In this document: in pieces, positions 19,276-28,517 of the stretch
How the letters are laid out: each line of letters opens with the position of its first letter
Numbering within the stretch: the first letter of the stretch is position 1
Assembly (NCBI GenBank): GCA_964354155.1
Contig: CAYGYG010000009.1
Coordinates: 6,053 to 70,052, forward strand
DNA length: 64,000 nt
Direction: 5' to 3'
From: an uncultured bacterium
Lineage (GTDB): Bacteria > Hydrothermota > Tepidihabitantia > SM23-42 > CAYGYG01
Translations under genes and position numbers: made by a program
Notes under the pieces: model-generated
The model's input: the letters and a program-made list of their open reading frames with translations, nothing else
Database searches by the model: none
Told to the model about the DNA's origin: nothing

Positions 19276-19830
19276 ATGCAGCACGAAACCGAGCTGGAAT
19301 TAGTAAGAAAGGTGAAGAATGGTGAAACCGAGGTTTTCAATGAATTGGTCAGATGCTATCAAAGGCGGCTCTACGTCGCGGTATACCGGATGGTCCATAA
19401 TGCGTCCGAGACAGAGGATCTGGTCCAGGAGGTGTTCATCCATGCCTTTCGGGGGATTGCGAGCTTCAACGAAAAGTACCATTTCTCAACCTGGATCTAC
19501 AGGATTGCGATGAATCTGAGCATCAATCATCTAAAGAAGCACCGGATGCGTGCGGTGCCGCTCGATGAATTGCCGGAAAAGTTTGCCCAAGACAAGAAAG
19601 CCAATCCGGCAGAACAGGCGAGCGAATCGATTCTCAAGGAAAAGGTGAAGAACGCGCTGGAGCAGCTGCCCTCAGAACAGAAGGCGGTGTTCGTGCTCAG
19701 AACGTACGAAGAGTTCAGCTATGATGAGATTGCAAAGGCGTTGAAGACCTCCAAGGGGACGGTCATGTCCCGTTTGAGCCGTGCCCGTGAGAAGTTGAAA
19801 GATATTTTGGTGGCTGAAGGAGCGATATAA
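19276..19830 (+). CDS. ECF RNA polymerase sigma factor (RpoE/SigW-like)
   Basis: EDLVQEVF, FSTWIYRIAMN (region 2); SYDEIAKAL...GTVMSRLSRAR (region 4). Confidence 0.95.
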   Translation: MQHETELELVRKVKNGETEVFNELVRCYQRRLYVAVYRMVHNASETEDLVQEVFIHAFRGIASFNEKYHFSTWIYRIAMNLSINHLKKHRMRAVPLDELPEKFAQDKKANPAEQASESILKEKVKNALEQLPSEQKAVFVLRTYEEFSYDEIAKALKTSKGTVMSRLSRAREKLKDILVAEGAI

Positions 19831-19833
19831 GCC

Positions 19834-20916
19834 ATGCACGACGGAAACATCAGAAAACTGCTCAATCAGTATCTTGACCAGGAGCTTGCGGCGGCCGACA
19901 AGATTCAAGTCGAAAGGCACCTTGAAGAGTGTCCGGAATGCCGTCTCGAGTATGAGCGCCTGCTCAAGGTGCACAAGTTGAGCCTGCTGGTTGAGCCTCC
20001 GGTGCCGTCTGAGGATGCGCTTGAGAGCCTGGCGATCAGGATCCGACGGACGATCGCCCGCGAGCGACCGCCGAGAAGACGCAGCCGAGTTCTTTTTCCT
20101 TCTTTTCAGCTGTGGCCCCAGGTGGCCTCGGCTGCGGTCATACTTTTCGTGGCCGGGATGAGCCTTGTTGTCATCTTGAGGCTGGAAGAGGGTAAGCACC
20201 TTGCCCTGCCGGGTACCCGGGACAAAGAAATACCTAGGCTGGCAATGACCGCCAGCGAAGAAGATAGTGGGCGGGCCAAGACTGCGGGAAAGAGCGCTCC
20301 GCCGGTCGCCAGAGGCGATGTCGTCGGCAAGAAGGCGGCGGAGGAGAAAGCGGGGGCTCGCCGGCCGGACCAGAAGACGGCCAAGGATGAGGTAGCGACT
20401 ACGGCACCGACCGGACCGAAGCCTGCTCCGGCTGCGGGCACGGTTGCCGGTGCTGCGGCCAGGGGCGATGCCCGGGGTCAGGCGATCGAAGCGGAAGCAC
20501 CGGCCGGTTCAGAAGCTCGGGCGACGAAGACGGCGGCTCCGGTGCCGGTAACTACTCTCGAGAAGAAGCGCGAAACGACGTCGCGCACGTTGGTGCCGGA
20601 TCTGGAGTTCGCCCAGCAGGAAGCGTGTGACGAATTGGTTTTAAACTATGATGTCGGTCCGCAATTGCTTGAGTCGGTTGAGGTGAAAGTGCTTGACGAT
20701 CAGGACCGGTCGCGGTTGCGGCGCGAAGTCACGCTCAACGTCATGGTCGATACCCTGGGCAATGTCGCTTTAGCCAATATAATGAGATCGTCGGGTGATT
20801 TGAAGCAGGACAGCGCGATTCTCAACACAGTCCGGCAATACCGGTTTGAGCCGGCGCAATATCGCCAGCGCCGGGTCAAGGCCCAGACTGTGCTGAGGGT
20901 ACAATTGAAAGACTAA
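19834..20916 (+). CDS. Zinc-finger (HxxxCxxC) anti-sigma factor with TM helix, low-complexity linker and TonB C-terminal domain
   Basis: HLEECPEC; TM at about aa 95-118; C-terminal VMVDTLGNV...RSSG...DSA...YRFEPA. Confidence 0.82.
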   Translation: MHDGNIRKLLNQYLDQELAAADKIQVERHLEECPECRLEYERLLKVHKLSLLVEPPVPSEDALESLAIRIRRTIARERPPRRRSRVLFPSFQLWPQVASAAVILFVAGMSLVVILRLEEGKHLALPGTRDKEIPRLAMTASEEDSGRAKTAGKSAPPVARGDVVGKKAAEEKAGARRPDQKTAKDEVATTAPTGPKPAPAAGTVAGAAARGDARGQAIEAEAPAGSEARATKTAAPVPVTTLEKKRETTSRTLVPDLEFAQQEACDELVLNYDVGPQLLESVEVKVLDDQDRSRLRREVTLNVMVDTLGNVALANIMRSSGDLKQDSAILNTVRQYRFEPAQYRQRRVKAQTVLRVQLKD

Positions 20917-21155
20917 CACGACTTTTATATTTCCCTGACGGCGATAAATTTTGGGCTTGTGGTTTCATATTCGCCCAATTACTCTATTTCATGAAATTAT
21001 TACTCGTTCTTATTACCTGCGATTTATCAAAAGTTAGACCGCTACCCCGAAAGCGCCGCCCTTGGGCGGCGGGGTAGCTTGTGTGATTGTCGTGGCTCAG
21101 ATGAACCCTAACTGCGCCCAAAACCTATCGCCTTTCAATTTATACAAAAGTCGTG
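20917..21155 (-). ncRNA. Unknown structured element, copy 1 of 3
   Basis: Nested inverted repeats CACGACTTTT/AAAAGTCGTG, GCGATAAATTTTGGGC/GCCCAAAACCTATCGC, GCTACCCC/GGGGTAGC; core motifs shared with 22538 and 36311; mismatches become G-U pairs on minus strand. Confidence 0.7.
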
Positions 21156-21254
21156 CACTAAGTACAGAAGCTACCGGTAACGATCGCCGGCTTCCCTGGA
21201 CCGGCACCCGTCCGCCGGCGTGTTATCCGGAGTTCAAGATTTGATTTTTGATAT

Positions 21255-22418
21255 TTACTTTTTAATTTCCTTCCCATAAACTTCCTCGGCCGCCACCCTG
21301 AAGCCGTCGATCGGATACTTTCCAAAACCGTTTTGCGCCATCCGCGCCATGGTCCCGTCGTCTCTCAGTCGTCTAACCGTCCGGCCAAAGTCGCCGGCCG
21401 CATCCTGGTTAAGGGGTAGGGCGACTTTATGCGCCAAAGCGAAGTCGTAGTTCCGCCTGGCAAAGGGGCCGATCAGCGGTCTTAAGGCAAACAGCGGCAG
21501 GCCAAGGCCGACCGCCCAATTGGTCCTTTCGTGAGACGCCGCAACGAAGACGTCAAGTTCCGGCACAAGTTCAACGGCCCGTGCCGTATCGCTTTGCCGG
21601 TCTGGTCGCCAGACGAGAGTGACGATATCCCAGGCCGGACTTAAGTTCCCGGCACGATCCACCCTAACCTTCAATGAAAGCGCCGTGAGCCGGCGGGCCA
21701 GCATCCGGCACTTCGACCAACTGCACCCGGCGAAGACAAGTACTCTGTACTCATTACGCGCCGCTGACGCGGCCGCGCTGAGAATCAGATCAGTATGGGC
21801 CGGAGGATATGCTCCGGATGTGAAGAATCCGATGGTCAGATGCTTGCCGGTTTTGATCCGTTGGAGCCTGCGGTCCAGCGCTTGGGCCGCACCGGAGACC
21901 AGGCCGGGCTCGATCATAAGACCGGTGACCGAAAGGCTTGCCGCCGGTTGACCCAGCGCGGTAAACCCGTTCTTGGTTGACTCAAGCGGCACGAAGACCC
22001 GGGTTGCTTCCGGGACGATGCTGGTACGCGGCGCCGCGATCTCCCCGTGAACGTAGTAGACCCGCCTGATACCGCCGAGCATCCGGGCGACAATGGGATG
22101 TTCAACGAGGATGATTGTGTCGGGCCCGGCCCGCCCCGGGCCCAGGTCCCGGGCCAGCAGTCTTACGAGTAGTCCACCGGTCGAGCGTTGTGACCGCATC
22201 CGGTTGTAGAGCGCGGTCACCAGGCCGCCGCGGCTGCCGGTATGGTAGGCAAGCCGGACCGCGTTCCATGCCGCGCGGGAAGCACGGCGGCTCACCTGAA
22301 AGACATCAAAGATCGGTATCGGCAGGCGATAACGCGCGGCTAGGGTCTGGAGCAAACCATCAAGATAGTTGGGATGACCCCGTCCGATATCCGTGTACAG
22401 GGCGACGATTCGGGACAT
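21255..22418 (-). CDS. Putative GT-B fold glycosyltransferase-like protein
   Basis: N-terminal DIGRGH motif, IILVEHP, GLGLPLFAL; leaderless after TTGACG-N16-TACAAT (22425-22452). Confidence 0.6.
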   Translation of the reverse strand: MSRIVALYTDIGRGHPNYLDGLLQTLAARYRLPIPIFDVFQVSRRASRAAWNAVRLAYHTGSRGGLVTALYNRMRSQRSTGGLLVRLLARDLGPGRAGPDTIILVEHPIVARMLGGIRRVYYVHGEIAAPRTSIVPEATRVFVPLESTKNGFTALGQPAASLSVTGLMIEPGLVSGAAQALDRRLQRIKTGKHLTIGFFTSGAYPPAHTDLILSAAASAARNEYRVLVFAGCSWSKCRMLARRLTALSLKVRVDRAGNLSPAWDIVTLVWRPDRQSDTARAVELVPELDVFVAASHERTNWAVGLGLPLFALRPLIGPFARRNYDFALAHKVALPLNQDAAGDFGRTVRRLRDDGTMARMAQNGFGKYPIDGFRVAAEEVYGKEIKK

Positions 22419-22537
22419 GCGACAATTGTACCTATGGTTGGGCTGGCGTCAAGACATGACCCGGTCGGATGTGAGAGTCCCGTGACTTCGATTCGTAGAC
22501 TATGGCCCGGAGCTGACTCCTCTCCACTTATTTCTAA

Positions 22538-22774
22538 CACTACTTTTGCCTTTTTTAAAGAAGATTAAATTTAGGCTGGTGGTCTCATATTCGCCCGATA
22601 GTGCTTAGACTCAAAAGAACAAAGGTTGTTGATATTAGCCAAGCAAGTCAGAGGTTCGGTCGCCACTCTCAGCCAGCAACCCTTTGGTCGCAGAGTGGCT
22701 TAGCTAATACTCGCGGCTCAGATGAGCCTCACGGTGCCTAAGATTTATCCTTCTTGTATTCTACAAAAGTCGTG
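22538..22774 (-). ncRNA. Unknown structured element, copy 2 of 3 (inside outer inverted repeats 22513-22811)
   Basis: Same scaffold: CACTACTTTTG/CAAAAGTCGTG, TCATATTCGCCC, GCCACTCT/AGAGTGGC, GGCTCAGATGAGCC. Confidence 0.7.
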
Positions 22775-22823
22775 CAGTTTATACCTTGTAGGAAAAGTGG
22801 AGAGGATTCAGGGCCCGGAAAGC

Positions 22824-22851
22824 TTGACAAGCCCCGGATATAGCTTATAAT
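22824..22851 (+). promoter_or_regulatory. sigma70-type promoter of the TBDR operon
   Basis: Consensus hexamers TTGACA-N16-TATAAT. Confidence 0.75.
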
Positions 22852-22925
22852 AAGCGTTAGACGCAGCCCGGCGCTGACGGTTCTGGGCCGAATAGTTGCC
22901 GCGCCGGATACCGACAGGAGGACCA

Positions 22926-25475
22926 ATGGTCAGCACTCTCTTGATGGTTTTTTTTCTGAGCACGACTTACGGCAAGATCCAGGGCGTGGTCACGGACGAG
23001 ACCAGCGGTAACCCGCTGCCCTACGCAAGTATCACGGTTCTGGGTACGGACCTCGGCGCTTTGACGGACGAGAACGGCAAGTTCTTCATTCTCAACGTGG
23101 ACCCGGGCAAGTACGTGGTCAGGGTCACGAATGTTGGGTATCAGACGAAGCTAATTGACAATGTTGTCGTCGAAGTGGGCTTAGTAGTCCGGCTCAGTGT
23201 GACCATCGCCGAGCAGCCTATCGAGTTAAGCCCGGTTACGGTGACCAGCGAACGACCTCCGGTCCAGAAGGAGATGATCGGCCCGACCTTCAGTATCAAG
23301 AAGGAAGAAATTTTCCTGCTGCCGGTCGATCACGGCCTCGGTTTTGTCGCTTTTCAGCCTTCGGTTGTGCGTATTGACACGGCTCTTCATGTCCGGGGCG
23401 GACGCGCCTCCGAAGTGCTGTTCATGATCGACAACGTCTCCATCGTCGACCCCCAGAGCGGCGATCTGGCGATTCAGATGTCCAAAGGGATTCTCGACGA
23501 AGTCGTCTTCCTGCCCGGCGGTTTTGATGTCGAATACGGCCGGGCCATGTCCGGGGTGATCAACATCATCACCGCACGTCCCGCGGACCGATTCCGGGCC
23601 AAGGCCTACGGCAAGACGGAACGGATCATGCCCTACTATTGGGATTTCGGTTACGACAACTACCAGGTCTCAGGGCACGTGCCGGTGTCGAAGCAGGCCC
23701 GGGGTTATCTTTCGTTCGACCTGATGCAGACCGATGACTGGGACCCCAAGCTTTTCATTTTACCGCACAAGGAGCGCGACGATTACTCGGTATACGGCAA
23801 GTGGTTTCTGGGGCTCCCGGGCATGCTGCGCATGACGGTGAGCGGCGCCAAGTCTTTGAGCAAATTCGACCGCTATAACAGCCAGTGGAAATTCCGGCTC
23901 GACCACTACCGATCCGACATGAGGGAAGGTGATCTGGAGGCCGTGCATCTCAACTACTTTCCCAGCTCCCGGCGGACGTTTGACCTGATCGTGAGCCGTC
24001 TGGCCACCGAACGGCAATATGGGCTGCGTTCGGGTCAGAACGCGGCCTTCTTCGAACGATTCGACTTCTGCGACCCAGATTCGCTGACCTGGCCTTTTCC
24101 CAACTTCAACAACCCCTATGGAGTTCTTCTCAAGTATTTCTACGGCGAGGGCGACTATCCGGAATACGAGAGGAAGGCCAGCGAGGTCATGAAGGGCAAC
24201 CTGTCGAGCACGATGCAGCTGCACCAGTACCACGAACTGAAAGGCGGCGTGGAGTATGCGCGGATCAAGATCGACAACTACACGGCCTTCGCGGTCGACA
24301 GTCTCCACCGGATCGTTGACGAGTACCAGCACCGGCCTTGGGAGCTGGGCGCGTACCTCCAGGACAACATCGACTACAAGGGCATGTATGTGAAAGCCGG
24401 GATCCGATACGATGAATTCCGCACCGGCATGGAGAGCATCGCGACCAAACGCGTCGTCTCACCCCGTTTTGGATTATCCTACATGGTCACTGAGCGGTTC
24501 ATTTTCCGGACCAATATGGGACAATACACCCAGCCGCCGCTTTATGACCATCTTTTCGGCGGCCTGAACTTGGTGCCGATCCCGGCCTATCTCACGAAGC
24601 CCCCGCCGATCGGCAATCCTGACTTGAGACCGGAAAAGACGAGAAGCTTCGAAATGGGTCTCCAGGGCGAAGTAAGTCAGGGGTTCATGATCACGGGCAA
24701 CGCCTTTTACAAGGATGTGACCGACCTGATCGGTACGCGCATCAAATATGTTCTGCCCCGGAACTATGTTACCTATTACAACGTCGAAGCGGCCAACATC
24801 AAGGGGCTGGAGATGATCCTTGATTTCAAAGGCGAGATCTACACCGGGAAGATATCATATACGCTTTCCTATGCCAAGGGAACCAGTTCGTTTGCGGAAG
24901 ATGTCTATCAGCGCTACTTCAAGGAGAACCCTAATCCGGACACGGCTTTTGTACCGGAAGCGACTGATTTCAACTTAGACTTCGACCAGCGCCACCGGAT
25001 TTTCATTCAGGGCCTGGTGAATCTGCCGCTGGAGGCCAAGATGGGCGTGTTCGGCTATCTGGGTAATGGTTTTCCTTATACGCCGCCGGGCCCGGAGGGC
25101 AAGCTTGAAGAGCGTAATATTCTCAACCTGCCTTTTCAGAAACAGATCGATTTCGTTTTTCTGAAAGGGGTCAAACTCGGCCGATTCGCGGCCCATGCCA
25201 ACGTCGAAGTGATCAACGTGCTCGGCATCCAGAATCAGATCGCCCCGCGCTTCACCTACGTTCCCGAAGACCAGATCCAGCCCCGGCTTTTCACCAATTC
25301 CTATTCCATTTTCAACAGCACCTACCATCCGGCTGCGGACAAGAACCATGACGGCATACTGGCGGCCAGCGAGTATTATGCCGCTTTCACCGATATCAAT
25401 GATGAGTCCGAGGACTATGTCAATTGCTATACGCAACCGCGGCGTGCCCGCGTCGGTCTCTCGATAGAGTTCTGA
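22926..25475 (+). CDS. TonB-dependent receptor with N-terminal carboxypeptidase regulatory-like domain
   Basis: AGGAGG RBS; GKIQGVVTD...TDENGKF; plug HVRGGR, GGFDVEYG; GNPDLRPEKT; terminal Phe. Confidence 0.92.
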   Translation: MVSTLLMVFFLSTTYGKIQGVVTDETSGNPLPYASITVLGTDLGALTDENGKFFILNVDPGKYVVRVTNVGYQTKLIDNVVVEVGLVVRLSVTIAEQPIELSPVTVTSERPPVQKEMIGPTFSIKKEEIFLLPVDHGLGFVAFQPSVVRIDTALHVRGGRASEVLFMIDNVSIVDPQSGDLAIQMSKGILDEVVFLPGGFDVEYGRAMSGVINIITARPADRFRAKAYGKTERIMPYYWDFGYDNYQVSGHVPVSKQARGYLSFDLMQTDDWDPKLFILPHKERDDYSVYGKWFLGLPGMLRMTVSGAKSLSKFDRYNSQWKFRLDHYRSDMREGDLEAVHLNYFPSSRRTFDLIVSRLATERQYGLRSGQNAAFFERFDFCDPDSLTWPFPNFNNPYGVLLKYFYGEGDYPEYERKASEVMKGNLSSTMQLHQYHELKGGVEYARIKIDNYTAFAVDSLHRIVDEYQHRPWELGAYLQDNIDYKGMYVKAGIRYDEFRTGMESIATKRVVSPRFGLSYMVTERFIFRTNMGQYTQPPLYDHLFGGLNLVPIPAYLTKPPPIGNPDLRPEKTRSFEMGLQGEVSQGFMITGNAFYKDVTDLIGTRIKYVLPRNYVTYYNVEAANIKGLEMILDFKGEIYTGKISYTLSYAKGTSSFAEDVYQRYFKENPNPDTAFVPEATDFNLDFDQRHRIFIQGLVNLPLEAKMGVFGYLGNGFPYTPPGPEGKLEERNILNLPFQKQIDFVFLKGVKLGRFAAHANVEVINVLGIQNQIAPRFTYVPEDQIQPRLFTNSYSIFNSTYHPAADKNHDGILAASEYYAAFTDINDESEDYVNCYTQPRRARVGLSIEF

Positions 25476-25478
25476 GGC

Positions 25479-25997
25479 ATGGCCGGTAGTATGAGACGAC
25501 GGTTCCAGAGAGGATTGCCACTATCGATGCTGGCCGGTGTCATTCTATTCTCAGTGCACTGCAAATGGCCCTGGGAATATATCAATCCCGACGATCGCGT
25601 GCCCGCGCCCGACCCGCCGGTGATTACTGAACCCAGGCCGGACACCATCATCTGGTGGCACCGTGCCGCCGTGGTTATCTTCGACTGGACGAAAGTCGCG
25701 GGCGCAGAATTCTACCAGATTGACACGGACAGTACGTCGGCCTTCAACTCAGCCGACGACAATCCCTTCCGCGTCACGGCCGAGGTCGATTCGCCGCCGG
25801 CGCCGGTTACGTTTGGCGGTGGGGCGCTGGTCCAGCGCTACTATGGCCGGATTCGCGGGCTGAGCCAGGGCTGGAAAGAAGGGATGACCGAGTGGTCGAC
25901 GGTGCGCTCGGTCGTCATGAAACGTCAACAAGCCGCCGGTCCGAAGCAGGAATATCCTCATGCCGAGGGCGAGTTTGACCTTGAGGAGGTTAGATGA
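25479..25997 (+). CDS. Lipoprotein with fibronectin-III-like domain (paralog of next gene)
   Basis: Lipobox-like SVHC; PAPDPPVITEP..DTIIW, FDWT, YQID.DS..FNS, TEWS. Confidence 0.7.
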   Translation: MAGSMRRRFQRGLPLSMLAGVILFSVHCKWPWEYINPDDRVPAPDPPVITEPRPDTIIWWHRAAVVIFDWTKVAGAEFYQIDTDSTSAFNSADDNPFRVTAEVDSPPAPVTFGGGALVQRYYGRIRGLSQGWKEGMTEWSTVRSVVMKRQQAAGPKQEYPHAEGEFDLEEVR

Positions 25998-26434
25998 AAC
26001 GTTACGGGACAAGGCTGATCCTGGGGATCGGCATAGTCGCGCTGGTGGTTGCATCGAATCGGTGTAAGTCGCCGGTGGAATCGGACGATGATTTGCCGCC
26101 GGCACCAGCGCCGCCCGTGATGATCGAACCGCATGCCGATACGACGATCTGGTACGCGATTTCACCGCAGGTACAATTCAACTGGACCGCGCTTGAGGGG
26201 GCGCAGGCGTACGAAATCGACATCGACAGTTCCGCGCAGTTCAATTCGACCGAGGATAACCCCAACAAAATCCTGGCGCGCACCTCGGCCCCGCCGACAA
26301 CGGTTATGTTTCCGAGAGTCAGCAATCAGAGATTCTACTACCGAATCCGCGCTACGAGCCAGAGCTGGCGCACCGGTATGACGGAATGGTCGTTGCCGCG
26401 CTGGCTGGTCCTGCGTTACCAACCCGGCTCCTGA
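25994..26434 (+). CDS. Lipoprotein with fibronectin-III-like domain (tandem paralog)
   Basis: PAPAPPVMIEP..DTTIW, FNWT, YEID.DS..FNS, MTEWS; GAGG RBS. Confidence 0.75.
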   Translation: MKRYGTRLILGIGIVALVVASNRCKSPVESDDDLPPAPAPPVMIEPHADTTIWYAISPQVQFNWTALEGAQAYEIDIDSSAQFNSTEDNPNKILARTSAPPTTVMFPRVSNQRFYYRIRATSQSWRTGMTEWSLPRWLVLRYQPGS

Positions 26435-26476
26435 GCACGCGTGAACCGCCGGGATCGCATGACAGGTAAGTAGACC

Positions 26477-27046
26477 GTGGTACTGCTATTCTTCGTTTTT
26501 CTCGCCGTTGAGCCGGAAATAAGGGTGGGGTTGGTCTTTCCTCAATTCATCGCGGGCGAGAACGAGATCGGCACACTTTTTAACCCCGCGGCTACGGTCT
26601 ATCTTAGTCGCCAGGACTTCAGTTTCGGGATTTTTGGCGATGGTTATCTCAAACGGACCGACCCATACAGCGGCCGCTACTTCAAGGAATCTGGAGAGTA
26701 CGCGGCCGCCCGGGCCTTGGGCATTGGCGGAGTACTGCGCTGGCGTTTCTTCTGGTTTGCCACCGGTAAGGTCGGGGGTGGTTACTATGGCGGCAGTATT
26801 GACCGGGCGGCGGTCGATAGTGCCGGCCGGGTCATGCAGGAGAGAGACGGCCGGAGCTCGCTGGGCCTGTTCATGGCCTGGGATTTGTATCAGCGGATTG
26901 GCCGGTACAAGGTCGGCGGCGAATTCAAGATCAACTATGTACCTTTCGGCGCCGAATCCGGGGATTACGTATTACAGCAGAATGTCGATTCCTTCAAACG
27001 CGTGTCGCTTACCGGCATTGGCCTGAGCCTCTTGGTCGGTCTATGA
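26477..27046 (+). CDS. Putative small outer-membrane beta-barrel protein
   Basis: Amphipathic beta-strand pattern; C-terminal GIGLSLLVGL. Confidence 0.55.
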   Translation: MVLLFFVFLAVEPEIRVGLVFPQFIAGENEIGTLFNPAATVYLSRQDFSFGIFGDGYLKRTDPYSGRYFKESGEYAAARALGIGGVLRWRFFWFATGKVGGGYYGGSIDRAAVDSAGRVMQERDGRSSLGLFMAWDLYQRIGRYKVGGEFKINYVPFGAESGDYVLQQNVDSFKRVSLTGIGLSLLVGL

Positions 27047-28101
27047 AGCGCCATTGGGCAGTCGCCACGGTGTTGTTGGGGTCAGGATATCTTACCGCCG
27101 CCCGGGGCCTCATCATCAGCCCGGTGCCGCACACGACGTTCTGCAGCGGCCAGGCCGCCATCATCCATTACGGCGCCGGCCGGGAAGAATTGCACGTCCT
27201 CTACAAGGGGTCGCTCAATCCTTATCGCTCAAGCCTCTGGCTCATCCCGGTACCGGCCGAGCCGACGATCGGCGATTTTCAAATACCGGTTCTCGATCAG
27301 CTGTCCCGGCTTTCCGCCCCGGTTCGTCATGGCGTGGTGCGGAGCCGCGGTTGCTACGGCTACGTCACCACCGGGTTTTCCGAGGCGAATGATGGATATG
27401 ATCTTGACAAAGTCGAATTGCTCGAAGCCAATATCGCCGGGGTGAACGCGGTGAGCGTGATTCACACCGACAATGTGGATTCGCTGAGCCAGTGGGTCCG
27501 CGATCGCCATTACATCTGGTTGTCCGGGTATGAAGACGCGATCGACTACTACCTCAGGCAAGGATGGACCTGGTTTGTGGCGGTCAAGACCGACTCGGGT
27601 CATCCCTACGAGGGGTGCGCGGTCAGCCTTTCCTTCAACAGCGCCGAACCGGTTCTGCCCCTTGAGATTCTGAAGGAGGACCCCTTCTCGAGTAAGAACT
27701 ATGACCAGAAGTTCGCCGTCTACGTTACCATTGTCGCCGACGAAAAGAAATCGGGCGAGGGTTTCGACCTGCGTTATGCCAACCGGCTGGACGACGATGA
27801 ATGGAAGGCGGCGGCAACGGATATGCCCGGACTGCAAGGTCTGCTCAAGAGCGGCGATTACGTGACGAAGCTGAGCCAGCGGTACGGAAAGGCGGGAGAA
27901 ATCCGGGGTGATCTGGTGCTCAAGAAGGCTCCGGATACTAAGGAATACCGGAGCATAATCAGTGAAGAAATCTACCAATACTACAATGAGGCGGGCAATT
28001 GTCTGTTGTGGCTGATTGCTTGTTACCCGTGTTACCTGGTGGGACGCAAGATCGTGCGCCGTGCTCGACACCGACGGTCCAGCGGCACCCAAGCCGAGTG
28101 A
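27043..28101 (+). CDS. DUF2330-like exported protein with C-terminal membrane anchor
   Basis: QAAIIH, WLIPVPAEP, LSQWVRD..Y, YLRQGWTWFVAVK. Confidence 0.7.
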   Translation: MKRHWAVATVLLGSGYLTAARGLIISPVPHTTFCSGQAAIIHYGAGREELHVLYKGSLNPYRSSLWLIPVPAEPTIGDFQIPVLDQLSRLSAPVRHGVVRSRGCYGYVTTGFSEANDGYDLDKVELLEANIAGVNAVSVIHTDNVDSLSQWVRDRHYIWLSGYEDAIDYYLRQGWTWFVAVKTDSGHPYEGCAVSLSFNSAEPVLPLEILKEDPFSSKNYDQKFAVYVTIVADEKKSGEGFDLRYANRLDDDEWKAAATDMPGLQGLLKSGDYVTKLSQRYGKAGEIRGDLVLKKAPDTKEYRSIISEEIYQYYNEAGNCLLWLIACYPCYLVGRKIVRRARHRRSSGTQAE

Positions 28102-28238
28102 GCAGATAACGCCTTCCTGCGGGGCAACAATTCCTGTTTACAAGTCGTACGATTCTGGGTAGAATCATCATCAGCCGACGATTACCGGGAAAGGGTCGTC
28201 GGGTGATTGGATCTCTAACCAAAAGGTAGGGTCTTGTG

Positions 28239-28466
28239 ATGTTTGTTGTCCTTGTGATTACTCAGGTTCTGGCGAGCCTCTCTCTCTTGGGCAGCCTGGT
28301 CAAAGGTCTGGGTGGTCTGGCGATTATCGGTAACATGGCGCTGGTGGTCTTGCTGGCCTGGCTTACGGTTCGGGTGCGCGTCAAAATGACCAGAAAGGAA
28401 AAGGAAAACTTGCGCGCCCGAATCGACGAACTGGAAAAGAAAATCGAGTCAATAACCAAAAAGTAA
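28239..28466 (+). CDS. Small membrane protein with coiled-coil tail
   Basis: Two TM helices followed by KEKENLRARIDELEKK. Confidence 0.6.
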   Translation: MFVVLVITQVLASLSLLGSLVKGLGGLAIIGNMALVVLLAWLTVRVRVKMTRKEKENLRARIDELEKKIESITKK

Positions 28467-28517
28467 TAGACGCTTCAGTCATTTCCCGGAACGGTATTTT
28501 TTTAGTCAGGAGGTAAG

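Noticed and set aside
20911-21160. Structured elements as integron attC sites (each has TAAC at its left boundary)
   Set aside because: No consistent complementary GTTRRRY at the other end, length about 240 nt exceeds known attC sites, and no integrase or cassette array is present.
25473-25481. TGA of the TonB-dependent receptor is in frame with the next ATG
   Set aside because: The receptor ends in the canonical C-terminal Phe (LSIEF) and the next ORF has its own lipoprotein signal.
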